Shown: piece by piece, positions 17,034 through 25,212 of the stretch
How positions within the stretch are numbered: the stretch's first letter is position 1
Layout: each line of letters begins with the position of its first letter
The notes under the pieces: model-generated
What the model was told of the DNA's origin: nothing
The model's database searches: none
Seen by the model: only the letters and a program-made list of their open reading frames with translations
Made by a program: the position numbers and the translations under genes
NCBI GenBank assembly: GCA_964471415.1
Contig: CAYYHF010000001.1
Location: 1-41,231, forward strand
Direction of reading: 5' to 3'
DNA: 41,231 nt
DNA from: an uncultured Clostridia bacterium
GTDB lineage: Bacteria; Bacillota; DTU025

Positions 17034-18041
17034 ATGGCGACCAGAAGAATAGGCGGCAGCACCGTCAGATTCGCAACGCCCCCGGTGATCGTGTCCGCTG
17101 GAACGGTTGCCGGGCCCATGGAGAGCCGGGGGCCTATGGCCCAGTGGTTCGATGAAGTGGTCCCGGATGATATGTTCGGCGAACGCACTGCTGAAAAGGC
17201 CGAACGGCGGTTCATGGGAGACGCGATCAAGATAGCCCTAAAGCACGCCGCCGTCCAGCCCGAGCAGGTAGACTACTTCATCGCCGGCGACCTGCTCAAT
17301 CAGGTGATCACAGCCAGTTTCACCGCTGAGGACCTGGGGACGCCGTTCCTCGGCATTTACGGCGCGTGTTCTACATCGGTTCAGAGCCTCACGATAGCGT
17401 CCGCCCTGGTGGACGCGGAGTTTGCAGATCTGGCGCTTGCCGCTACCAGCAGCCACTACCAGACGGCCGAGCGGCAGTTCAGATACCCGATAGAGCTCAA
17501 CATCCAACGGAAATCGACATCGCAGTACACGGCAACGGGATCGGGAGCGGTGCTGGTGGGACGCTCCGGAGGCAAGGTGAGAATCACCGAGGCTACCGTG
17601 GGGCGCGTGATAGATATGGGCACAAAGGACGCCAACCAGATGGGCCCTGCCATGGCGCCGGCCGCGGCCGAGACTATCTTCAGCCACCTGGCCGATACGG
17701 GGCGCGATCCCGGATTCTACGATGTGATCATCACAGGCGACCTGGGCACAGTGGGCAAGGCTATCCTGCTCGAACTGATGCAGCGCCGTGGGGTACCCCT
17801 GGGCGACAACTACGACGATGGCGGCGTCATGCTGTTTGAGGGAGTGCGAGGAACGGGCGTGGGAGGCAGCGGTTGCGCCTGTTCGGCGCTGATAATGGAC
17901 AGCTTCGTGTGGAAGAGAATGTGCCAGGGCGAGATCAGGCGTGCCCTGATTGTGGCCACAGGCGCTCTGCTATCTCCGCTCTCGTGGCAGCAGGGCGAGT
18001 CGGTGCCTTGCATAGCCAATGCTGTAACGCTCCAGATTTGA
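17034..18041 (+). CDS. spoVAD: stage V sporulation protein AD
   Basis: 335 aa, thiolase/ketoacyl-synthase-like. SAGTVAGPMESRGP, IAGDLLNQ, GIYGACSTS and GCACSA match SpoVAD. Confidence 0.9.
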   Translation: MATRRIGGSTVRFATPPVIVSAGTVAGPMESRGPMAQWFDEVVPDDMFGERTAEKAERRFMGDAIKIALKHAAVQPEQVDYFIAGDLLNQVITASFTAEDLGTPFLGIYGACSTSVQSLTIASALVDAEFADLALAATSSHYQTAERQFRYPIELNIQRKSTSQYTATGSGAVLVGRSGGKVRITEATVGRVIDMGTKDANQMGPAMAPAAAETIFSHLADTGRDPGFYDVIITGDLGTVGKAILLELMQRRGVPLGDNYDDGGVMLFEGVRGTGVGGSGCACSALIMDSFVWKRMCQGEIRRALIVATGALLSPLSWQQGESVPCIANAVTLQI

Positions 18042-18065
18042 TCCGCGCGAACGGAGGGATCCTCA

Positions 18066-18416
18066 CTGGATTATGTCATCGCGTTCCTAGTTGGAGGCGC
18101 CATATGCGCCGTGGGCCAGGCAGTGCTGGATCTGACTCGGCTATCTGCCGCCCACATGCTGGTGATGTTCGTCATGGCGGGAGCCGTTCTGTCGGGGTTG
18201 GGGTTATATGACCGTCTGGTCGAGCTGGCCGGCGCCGGAGCGCTGGTGCCGGTTTCTGGTTTTGGGCACTCCATCGCCCGAGGGGCTTTGCTCGAGGCAG
18301 AGAGACTGGGCGTGATCGGGCTCTTCACCGGGGCATTCGAATTCACCGGGCTGGGAGTGGCCACTGCTGTGTTCTTCTCAGCCCTGATAGCCCTGGTCGC
18401 CAACCCCAAGGCATGA
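18066..18416 (+). CDS. spoVAE: stage V sporulation protein AE (SpoVAEB type), probable CTG start
   Basis: The conserved N-terminal helix YVIAFLVGGAICAVGQ lies upstream of the first canonical start (GTG at 18111). The in-frame CTG at 18066 is 6 nt after GGAGGG (18054-18059). It gives about 116 aa, collinear with B. subtilis SpoVAEB as I recall it. Confidence 0.8.
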   Translation: MDYVIAFLVGGAICAVGQAVLDLTRLSAAHMLVMFVMAGAVLSGLGLYDRLVELAGAGALVPVSGFGHSIARGALLEAERLGVIGLFTGAFEFTGLGVATAVFFSALIALVANPKA

Positions 18417-19393
18417 GCCTGGCGGTGGGAATCCCCCGAGGACTGCTGTTTTACGAATACGGTCCGATAATGATCGAATTGCTGCGCCGATGCGGCGCTC
18501 GGCCGGTTGTCTCGCCCGTGACCAACAAGGAGATCATTCAGGCTGGGCTGGAGCTGTGCGTCGACGAGGCCTGTCTGCCTGTAAAGGTGTTCTTCGGGCA
18601 TGTCGCCCATCTGGCCGGGAAGACGGACGTGTTGCTTGTTCCCAGATTCGTCAGTATTGAGCGCGGCGCGTACATCTGCCCCAAATTGATGGGATTACCC
18701 GACATGATACGTGCCAGGGTGTGCAACGCGCCCAGGCTAGTGGACCCGTGCATCGACATCTCCTCCGGGCCGCGGCAGATAGCTTCGGAACTGGCCGCGC
18801 TCGGGTCAGAGCTGGGCGTAAGCCCAAGTCGCGCCGTGATCGCCCTGGCCAAGTCGATTAGGAGCGCCAAGCGGGGTTCGCCCGAGCCCGCGCCCGAGCC
18901 CGCGCGGGGTAACGCCATTCGCATTGGCGTCCTGGGGCACGATTACAGCCTGAGCGATGCATACATCAGCCTGGACCTGCTGGGCAAGATACGCCGCTTG
19001 GGGGCCCAGCCCATACAGGCGAGCGACTACTCCCATCAACAGACAGCCACGTGGGAGCGCCGGCGGGCTGAGCGCGGGGCCAAGCGCCTTTTCTGGACCT
19101 TCGGGCGGCGACTGGTCGGCGCAGCCTACAGGTGGCTAGAAACCGGCGAAGTGGACGGGATCGTGCATCTCGCCAGTTTCGGCTGCGGTCCGGAATCCTT
19201 CGTTGCCGAAGTCATCCAACACGAGGCGCATGAGCACGGCGATGTGCCTTTGCTTTGCGTCGATATCGACGAGCATTCGGCGGAGGCAGGACTCTTGACG
19301 CGCCTTGAGGCATTCATCGACACGGTGACCATGAGGAGCGGCGAGTATGCGCATCACCTTCCCGCACCTGGGCAATCTCTGGATACCGGTTAG
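18413..19393 (+). CDS. acyl-CoA dehydratase activase-related protein (DUF2229 / COG3580-3581 type), subunit A; function unknown
   Basis: ATGA overlap with the spoVAE stop. It has N-terminal GIPRGLLFYEY, then DEACLPVKVFFGH, ICPKLMG, SFGCGPESF and DIDEHSAEAGLLTRLEAFID. This is the pattern of stand-alone domains usually found fused to BadF/BcrA-type activase ATPases. Confidence 0.65.
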   Translation: MSLAVGIPRGLLFYEYGPIMIELLRRCGARPVVSPVTNKEIIQAGLELCVDEACLPVKVFFGHVAHLAGKTDVLLVPRFVSIERGAYICPKLMGLPDMIRARVCNAPRLVDPCIDISSGPRQIASELAALGSELGVSPSRAVIALAKSIRSAKRGSPEPAPEPARGNAIRIGVLGHDYSLSDAYISLDLLGKIRRLGAQPIQASDYSHQQTATWERRRAERGAKRLFWTFGRRLVGAAYRWLETGEVDGIVHLASFGCGPESFVAEVIQHEAHEHGDVPLLCVDIDEHSAEAGLLTRLEAFIDTVTMRSGEYAHHLPAPGQSLDTG

Positions 19394-20513
19394 GGCCTTC
19401 TTCTCCTCATTGGGCCTGCACGTGGTGGTTCCGCCTCCGACCACCAAAAGAACGCTGTCCATCGGAGCGAAGCACACTCCCGATGGCGCCTGTCTTCCGC
19501 TCAAAGTGACCGTGGGCAACTTCATCGAAGCGGTGGAACTCGGGGCGGATACCATCTTCATGGTGGGAGGAATCGGGCCGTGCAGGCTGGGGTATTACTG
19601 CGAGCTCCAGCGGTACGCCCTGGCTAGGGCGGGCTGTGATGCGCAGCTGGTGGTGGTGGAACCTCCTCGCACAGATCTGCGAGGGCTGACGCAGACGCTT
19701 AGGATAGTCAAACGCCGGGCCACTTTCGGACAGATTGTGGAGGCAGGCCGGCTTGCGTGGGCCAAATTCCAGGCCGTTGACGCGCTGGAGGAGGCAGCGA
19801 ACATGGCGCGCTGGCGCGAAACGGCCCCTGGAAAGGTGGACGCAGGCCTACGCCGGGGGCTTGCGCTGCTGGACGCGGCTGAGACGTGCGATGCCGCGCT
19901 TGGCGCGGCGGAGCAGGCGCTGTGCGATTTGGCGCGTTGCACCGCGGCACGGTCCGACCCCACAGCGCGCGTTGGCGTGGTGGGCGAGATCTACGTTGTG
20001 ATGGAGCCCGCTGTGAACATGGACATCTGCAGAAAGCTAGGCCGCCTCGGCGTGCAGGCGATTCAGCCGATCGCGTTCTCCCGTTGGATCGAGGAGCACG
20101 TAGTGAGGGATCTGGCGCGGTGGATGCCAAGGCCCGATATCCTGTCGCAAGCCCGCCCGTATCTACGGCATTTCGTGGGAGGCCATGGAGTCGAAAGCGT
20201 GGCGCACTCAGTCGAAATGGCACGATCCGGCCTAGACGGAGTGGTGCACATAGCGCCGATGACATGCATGCCCGAGATTGTGGCCCAAAGCATTCTTTGC
20301 GCAGTCAGCAAATCTGAAGACATCCCGGTGATGTCGGTCGCCGTGGATGAGCACACAGCGGATGTGGGCTTCGACACCAGGCTGGAGGCCTTTTGCGATC
20401 TGCTGCAGACCCGACGGCGCCGGGCCGGACCGAGTCATGCTCACCAGTTTCCTCCCAGCGATGGTCTATGCTATAATCGAGCGCAGGGGGGTGGCGCCGT
20501 TGAGCGGCAATGA
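19347..20513 (+). CDS. acyl-CoA dehydratase activase-related protein (DUF2229 type), subunit B; function unknown
   Basis: Paralog of the preceding gene. It has MRITFPHLGN, DGACLPLKVTVGNF, GIGPCRLGYYCE, MTCMPEIV and VDEHTADVGFDTRLEAFCD. It overlaps the upstream gene by 47 nt. The last ~25 codons look unconserved and overlap the next gene. Confidence 0.65.
   Translation: MRITFPHLGNLWIPVRAFFSSLGLHVVVPPPTTKRTLSIGAKHTPDGACLPLKVTVGNFIEAVELGADTIFMVGGIGPCRLGYYCELQRYALARAGCDAQLVVVEPPRTDLRGLTQTLRIVKRRATFGQIVEAGRLAWAKFQAVDALEEAANMARWRETAPGKVDAGLRRGLALLDAAETCDAALGAAEQALCDLARCTAARSDPTARVGVVGEIYVVMEPAVNMDICRKLGRLGVQAIQPIAFSRWIEEHVVRDLARWMPRPDILSQARPYLRHFVGGHGVESVAHSVEMARSGLDGVVHIAPMTCMPEIVAQSILCAVSKSEDIPVMSVAVDEHTADVGFDTRLEAFCDLLQTRRRRAGPSHAHQFPPSDGLCYNRAQGGGAVERQ
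20469..20477 (+). promoter_or_regulatory. Candidate extended -10 promoter element (TGcTATAAT) for the M50 peptidase gene
   Basis: TGCTATAAT at 20469-20477 lies inside the 3' end of the preceding CDS. It is followed by AGGGGGG and in-frame GTG (20491) and TTG (20500) starts. No good -35 is present (TTCCTC). Confidence 0.3.
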
Positions 20514-21117
20514 CATTCTGTATTTCCTGATAACCCTGCCGGTCCTGCTGTTTGCGCTGACAGTGCATGAGTACGCGCACGCGCGCGTTGCGGTCAGGCT
20601 GGGAGACGGCACTCCTCGGTGGGAAGGGCGACTTACGCTCAACCCCCTGGCCCACCTCGACCCTGTAGGACTCCTGGCGCTCGTGCTCACCAGGCGATTC
20701 GGATGGGCCAAGCCGGTCAGGGTCAACCCGATGAATTTTGAAAACCGCGATGCCGGAATGGTGATGGTGAGCCTTGCAGGCCCAGGCGCCAATTTGATTC
20801 TGGCCATTCTCTTCTCAATTATAGTGAAGTTCATGTACGGTGTGTACGGGTATCGCGGAGGGTCGATCCAGTTAATTATACTAGCGCTCGACCAGGGCAT
20901 ATGGATCAATCTCGGGTTGGCCGTGTTCAACCTGATGCCCATTCCGCCGCTGGACGGATCGAAGATACTGGCCGCGGTGCTCAAGGGCGATGCAGCGAGG
21001 CTCTACTACAGGCTGGAGCAGTATTCGTACATCATTCTTCTGTTGTTCATAGCTACTCCTCTGTCCACATGGATCCTCATGCCTATCATAGGAGCGCTGT
21101 ACCGAGCGATTATGTAG
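20500..21117 (+). CDS. site-2 protease family (peptidase M50) membrane metalloprotease
   Basis: HExxH motif in a TM helix (LTVHEYAHARVAVRLGD), plus NPLAHLDP and the second-site motif NLMPIPPLDGSKIL. The start is ambiguous (20437 ATG, 20491 GTG or 20500 TTG). TTG at 20500 gives the usual ~22-aa spacing to HExxH and an 8-nt SD spacing. Confidence 0.8.
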   Translation: MSGNDILYFLITLPVLLFALTVHEYAHARVAVRLGDGTPRWEGRLTLNPLAHLDPVGLLALVLTRRFGWAKPVRVNPMNFENRDAGMVMVSLAGPGANLILAILFSIIVKFMYGVYGYRGGSIQLIILALDQGIWINLGLAVFNLMPIPPLDGSKILAAVLKGDAARLYYRLEQYSYIILLLFIATPLSTWILMPIIGALYRAIM

Positions 21118-21129
21118 AGGGTGGTTTGC

Positions 21130-22110
21130 TTGAAAAAGGGCCGAATATTCAGCGGGATGAGACCCACCGGAATGCTCCATCTCGGCAATTTCGTGGGAGC
21201 GCTGAGCAACTGGGTTCGTCTGCAAGACGACTATGAGTGTTTCTTCGCCGCAGTCGATTGGCACGCACTCACCACAGGCTACCAGGACACATCGATGATC
21301 CGAGAACACACCAGGCAGGTGCTGATCGACTTCATCGCAGCGGGCATCGACCCCGAGCGCTCCGTTGTCTTCCGTCAATCCGATGTGAAGGAACATGCCG
21401 AGCTGCACTTGCTGCTTTCGATGATCACGCCTCTGGGGTGGCTGGAACGGTGCCCCACCTACAAGGAGCAGCTCCAGCAGCTTTCTGAAAGAGAGATAAC
21501 CACGTATGGATTCCTGGGCTATCCTGTGTTGATGGCAAGCGACATACTGGTGTACAGAGCCGACACGGTGCCCGTTGGCGAAGACCAGCTGCCTCATCTG
21601 GAACTAGCTCGGGAGATCGCACGCAGGTTCAACTACATGTACCAGCCGGTCTTTCCCGAACCTCAAGCCAAACTGAGCGCGGTTGCGGTCTTGCCGGGAA
21701 CGGACGGACGCAAGATGAGCAAGAGCTACGGTAATGCGATTCAGATGTCCGACTCGCCCGAGGCTATACGCGAGTCGGTGAAGTCCATGATCACTGACCC
21801 TGCTAGGATACACAAGAGCGACCTGGGGCATCCGGATGTGTGCACTGTGTTCGCGTACCATTCGGCGTTCTCGCCGGAGTTTGCCAAGGAGCGCAGGGCA
21901 GAATGCGAGCAGGCGCAGATAGGCTGCGTGGCATGCAAACGACAGCTTGCCGACACACTGATCGAGGCGCTCGCTCCCGTGCATGAGCGAAGGAGGCAGC
22001 TTGAAGCCGCCCCCGGGCTGGTGGATTCGATCCTCGCGGAAGGCGCGAATCGAGCAAGGCCTGTGGCAGCCGCTACGCTTGGGGAAGTCCGTGCGGCGAT
22101 GAAGATATGA
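21130..22110 (+). CDS. trpS: tryptophan--tRNA ligase
   Basis: (M)KKGRIFSGMRPTGMLHLGNFVGAL carries the HIGH-type motif, and KMSKS is present (GRKMSKSYGN). The TTG at 21130 gives the typical N-terminus; GTG at 21121 is the alternative. Confidence 0.92.
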   Translation: MKKGRIFSGMRPTGMLHLGNFVGALSNWVRLQDDYECFFAAVDWHALTTGYQDTSMIREHTRQVLIDFIAAGIDPERSVVFRQSDVKEHAELHLLLSMITPLGWLERCPTYKEQLQQLSEREITTYGFLGYPVLMASDILVYRADTVPVGEDQLPHLELAREIARRFNYMYQPVFPEPQAKLSAVAVLPGTDGRKMSKSYGNAIQMSDSPEAIRESVKSMITDPARIHKSDLGHPDVCTVFAYHSAFSPEFAKERRAECEQAQIGCVACKRQLADTLIEALAPVHERRRQLEAAPGLVDSILAEGANRARPVAAATLGEVRAAMKI

Positions 22111-22874
22111 GGGTGGATACCGAAGCCTTCTCCGGGCCGCTCGATCTGCTGTTGTCGCTGATAGAGAAGAAGCAGATCGATATATGCGAGGTTTCCATCG
22201 GCGAAATCGCCGATGATTATCTAGAGCAGGTATCGGCCATGGAATGGCTCGATATCGACCAAGCTGCTCAGTTTCTGGTCATCGCAGCGACCCTCCTCTA
22301 CATCAAAGTGAGGGCGCTGCTACCAGAAGATGAGATGGACGATGCGCTGTCCGATCTGGAGGAAGAGGTGCTCGACCCCCGCGCCGAGCTCGTCGCCCGC
22401 CTTATGGAGTATCGCCGTTTTCGCGATGCGGCCCGACTTTTTGGGAGTCTGGAGGCCGTGGGTTCGCGAATGTACACACGCCCTCTGCTTCCTATGCCCA
22501 AGCCCGCAGTTCGGACCAATCCTATGGAAGGCACGACCGTAGACGACCTACTCGGGGCATACCTGGGCGCATCGTCAAGCATTCCGGAGGAGTTCGCGTA
22601 TCTTCCGGCCGACGAGATACCCATAGCCACACAGATGGCGGCGGTGCTCGTGCGTCTTGCGCGCCGGGGTAAGCTGGGGCTCATCGAGTTTTTGGGCAGC
22701 GACAAGTCGCGTCGGCTGATGATCTCCACACTCCTGGCCGTCTTGGAATTGATCCGCCGCGGACGCATATCGGCAACACAGCCGATGCCGTTCGGCGAGA
22801 TATGGATGTTCGCGACATCCAGCGCATCGGGGGGTGTAACGGACGAACCTGCACGAAGCACAGGCAGCAATTGA
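22107..22874 (+). CDS. scpA: segregation and condensation protein A
   Basis: ATGA overlap with trpS. FSGPLDLLLSLIEKKQIDICEVSIGEIADDYL and LLYIKVRALLP are typical of ScpA (kleisin). Confidence 0.9.
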   Translation: MRVDTEAFSGPLDLLLSLIEKKQIDICEVSIGEIADDYLEQVSAMEWLDIDQAAQFLVIAATLLYIKVRALLPEDEMDDALSDLEEEVLDPRAELVARLMEYRRFRDAARLFGSLEAVGSRMYTRPLLPMPKPAVRTNPMEGTTVDDLLGAYLGASSSIPEEFAYLPADEIPIATQMAAVLVRLARRGKLGLIEFLGSDKSRRLMISTLLAVLELIRRGRISATQPMPFGEIWMFATSSASGGVTDEPARSTGSN

Positions 22875-23364
22875 AGCAATCCTGTTCGCCGCGTCCTTCC
22901 CCCTGGCCGCGAAGGACCTTGCGGCTGCAATCGAGGTAGATGAGGAGACAGTCGCCAAGATCCTCCGCGAAATCGGCGACAGGCATTCCGCAAAGCAGTC
23001 GGGCATTGCCTTAAAGCGAGTTGACGGCTCGTTCATCCTCATGAGTAAGCCGGACTATGCACCCTTCGTGGAATCTCTCTCGGCAAGGCAACGTCCGCAG
23101 CCACTGTCGGCTGCATCCCTTGAGACACTGTCTATCGTGGCCTACCGCCAACCGGTCACCAGAGGCGACATCGACCAGATCCGCGGCGTGTCCTCCGACT
23201 CAAGCATCGCCACGCTCACAGAGCGCGGGCTCATCTGCGAGGTAGGCCGGCGAAACAGTGTTGGGCGTCCGATACTGTACGGCACCACCGACCAGTTTCT
23301 CCTCTATCTTGGGCTTGCGTCCCTGGCAGACCTCCCGCCTTTACCCGAGTCGGACGATGCGTGA
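22849..23364 (+). CDS. scpB: segregation and condensation protein B; start codon unresolved (no in-frame ATG/GTG/TTG before the conserved N-terminal domain)
   Basis: The frame is open from 22840 and encodes LHEAQAAIEAILFAASFPLAAKDLAAAIEVDEETV..., then ETLSIVAYRQPVTRGDIDQIRGV and GRPILYGTTDQFLLYLGL. These are both winged-helix domains of ScpB. The ORF track only reports the C-terminal 107 aa from the ATG at 23041. Confidence 0.75.
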   Translation: MHEAQAAIEAILFAASFPLAAKDLAAAIEVDEETVAKILREIGDRHSAKQSGIALKRVDGSFILMSKPDYAPFVESLSARQRPQPLSAASLETLSIVAYRQPVTRGDIDQIRGVSSDSSIATLTERGLICEVGRRNSVGRPILYGTTDQFLLYLGLASLADLPPLPESDDA

Positions 23365-23400
23365 ATACTGCTCGCGCTTCTAGCCAGACTACGAGCGGGA

Positions 23401-24042
23401 GTGGTCTTGATGCGCTGGGCAAGACTCGCGCTCGGAGCTTTCGCGGCGCTCGCCGCCTCGCTCGCAATCCTTCTGCAGTGGCCGCTCAGATTGGATCTGA
23501 CCGTCACACCGGACTCCGCACACACTGGGGAGGTTCGGGTGGTTGCTCGCATTTCGCCATGGCCCTTCTTCGCCTCCATACCCGTCTACCGTAGGAACTT
23601 ACCGCTTTCCGCCGCTTCCGGCGCCAATACTCAATGGAAGCTTGCGAGCCTTCGCAAGGCCCTGGCCAGGCTGTCCCAAATCCTTCGCATGCTCGCAACC
23701 ATCGCCTCTCTCGACCCGAGACTCATCGAACTGACGTGGCATTCGTTGGTCGGCACAGGGGACGCGGCATCCACTGCCATCGCTTGCGGGCAGCTGGCGG
23801 CGGTCAAGTCCACCTTGGCAGGGTGGGCATACTCCCGATGGGGAAAGGGTCAACGTTCGCCTGCCATCTCAGTGTCGCCGGACTTCACTCAACCCGCTTT
23901 CCGTACGTGGCTGCATCTTGTAGTAGAGACCACCCTCTACATGTTTGTTGGCAATGCGCAGCTGCGTGCATCTCTCTCGCCGCTTTTGGCGGCGCTCGGG
24001 AAGCCTCGACCGAATGAACCGGCTGCCGGTCATGAATACTAG
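23401..24042 (+). CDS. DUF2953 / YtfI-like sporulation membrane protein (putative)
   Basis: 213 aa with one N-terminal TM segment. It lies directly upstream of ytfJ, as in Bacillus (ytfI-ytfJ). Sequence-level recognition is weak and the call rests mostly on synteny. The ATG at 23410 is an alternative start. Confidence 0.45.
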   Translation: MVLMRWARLALGAFAALAASLAILLQWPLRLDLTVTPDSAHTGEVRVVARISPWPFFASIPVYRRNLPLSAASGANTQWKLASLRKALARLSQILRMLATIASLDPRLIELTWHSLVGTGDAASTAIACGQLAAVKSTLAGWAYSRWGKGQRSPAISVSPDFTQPAFRTWLHLVVETTLYMFVGNAQLRASLSPLLAALGKPRPNEPAAGHEY

Positions 24043-24093
24043 AGGAAGGATCAACGCCTGCGCGGCACGCGCGGGCCAGGGAGGAGAGAGAGC

Positions 24094-24492
24094 TTGCCCG
24101 ATCATCCCATAGACGGACTGATGAAGACCACACTCGACAGCATCAACCAGATGATCGACGTCAACACCATTTTGGGAGACCCAGTCGAGACTACCGATGG
24201 CAGCGTGATCATGCCGGTATCGAGAGTCTCTTTCGGATTCGCGGCCGGCGGATCCGACTTCGGCAACGGCCGCCCGCCCGAACATGCGGGTTCCCCGTTC
24301 GGAGGAGGAGGGGGCGCCGGAATCTCGCTGTCGCCAGTGGGCTTCCTGGTAGTCGGCAACAAACAGGTTCGCTTTCTGCCGGTCACATCGGACGCTGTGT
24401 TCGACCGTCTGCTGGATGTAGTACCGGATGTGCTCACCCGGATGGGCGCGATCCGCCCGCCGACTGGTGGAGCTCCGGGGGCTGTGGTATAA
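24094..24492 (+). CDS. ytfJ: GerW family sporulation protein YtfJ
   Basis: 132 aa with a TTG start after GGGAGGAGAG. TILGDPVETTDGSVIMPVSRVSFGFAAGGSDF and GGGGGAGISLSPVGFLVV match the YtfJ/GerW family. Confidence 0.85.
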   Translation: MPDHPIDGLMKTTLDSINQMIDVNTILGDPVETTDGSVIMPVSRVSFGFAAGGSDFGNGRPPEHAGSPFGGGGGAGISLSPVGFLVVGNKQVRFLPVTSDAVFDRLLDVVPDVLTRMGAIRPPTGGAPGAVV

Positions 24493-24555
24493 TCCGGTAG
24501 AGTGTGGGCTCTATTCGGTGAGCCCGGCTCCGGCATCAGGGCGACAAGAGGATGA

Positions 24556-25212
24556 ATGGACATGGTACAGCAGTTCGCGGTTATCGGGCTTGGGCGGTTT
24601 GGAATGAGCGTGGCGCGTACCCTCTCCGAGCTGGCCCAGGAAGTCTTCGCCATTGACGTGGATGAAGAGAAAGTACAGAAAATAGCGCCTCAGGTAACGC
24701 ACGCGGTGACCGCCGATGTCACCGACATCGACGCCATGAGGTCAATCGGCATCCGCAATGTGGATGTAGCAGTGATCACGGTGGGAAGCGAGATCAAGGC
24801 GAGCATGGTTGGGACCATGGTCCTCCGGGAACTTGGAGTTCACACGATCGTCGCCAAGGCCAACGATGATCTGCACGGCAAAGTACTAGAGAAACTGGGC
24901 GCCGACAGGGTAGTCTATCCCGAGCGCGATGGAGGCGCGCGGCTGGCCCGCTTGCTCACATCGACCAACCTCATCGAGCAAATCGACCTGGATCCTGATT
25001 ACAGCATAGTTGAGATGACCGCTCCGACCAGCATGGCGGGAAGATCCCTGGCGGAGCTGGCTGTGCGGGCGCGATTCGGCGTCTACATAATGGCTATACG
25101 ATCCGGCGCCCGAATGACGGTAGCGCCCGGCGCTGACGATGTAGTCCACGAAGATGACGTGCTGGTAGTGATCGGGCGCAACGATTGGCTCCAGCGTTTC
25201 AGGAAGCTATGA
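24556..25212 (+). CDS. ktrA: TrkA/KtrA family potassium uptake regulatory protein (RCK N and C domains)
   Basis: FAVIGLGRFGMSVARTL is a Rossmann GxGxxG motif, and a C-terminal TrkA-C region is present (SLAELAVRARFGVYIMAIRSG). No ktrB or trkH membrane partner is adjacent. Confidence 0.85.
   Translation: MDMVQQFAVIGLGRFGMSVARTLSELAQEVFAIDVDEEKVQKIAPQVTHAVTADVTDIDAMRSIGIRNVDVAVITVGSEIKASMVGTMVLRELGVHTIVAKANDDLHGKVLEKLGADRVVYPERDGGARLARLLTSTNLIEQIDLDPDYSIVEMTAPTSMAGRSLAELAVRARFGVYIMAIRSGARMTVAPGADDVVHEDDVLVVIGRNDWLQRFRKL

Noticed and set aside
21118-21129. Expected T-box leader upstream of trpS.
   Set aside because: Only 3-12 nt separate the M50 stop from the trpS start. There is no room for a T-box, so trpS appears to be co-transcribed with the M50 gene.
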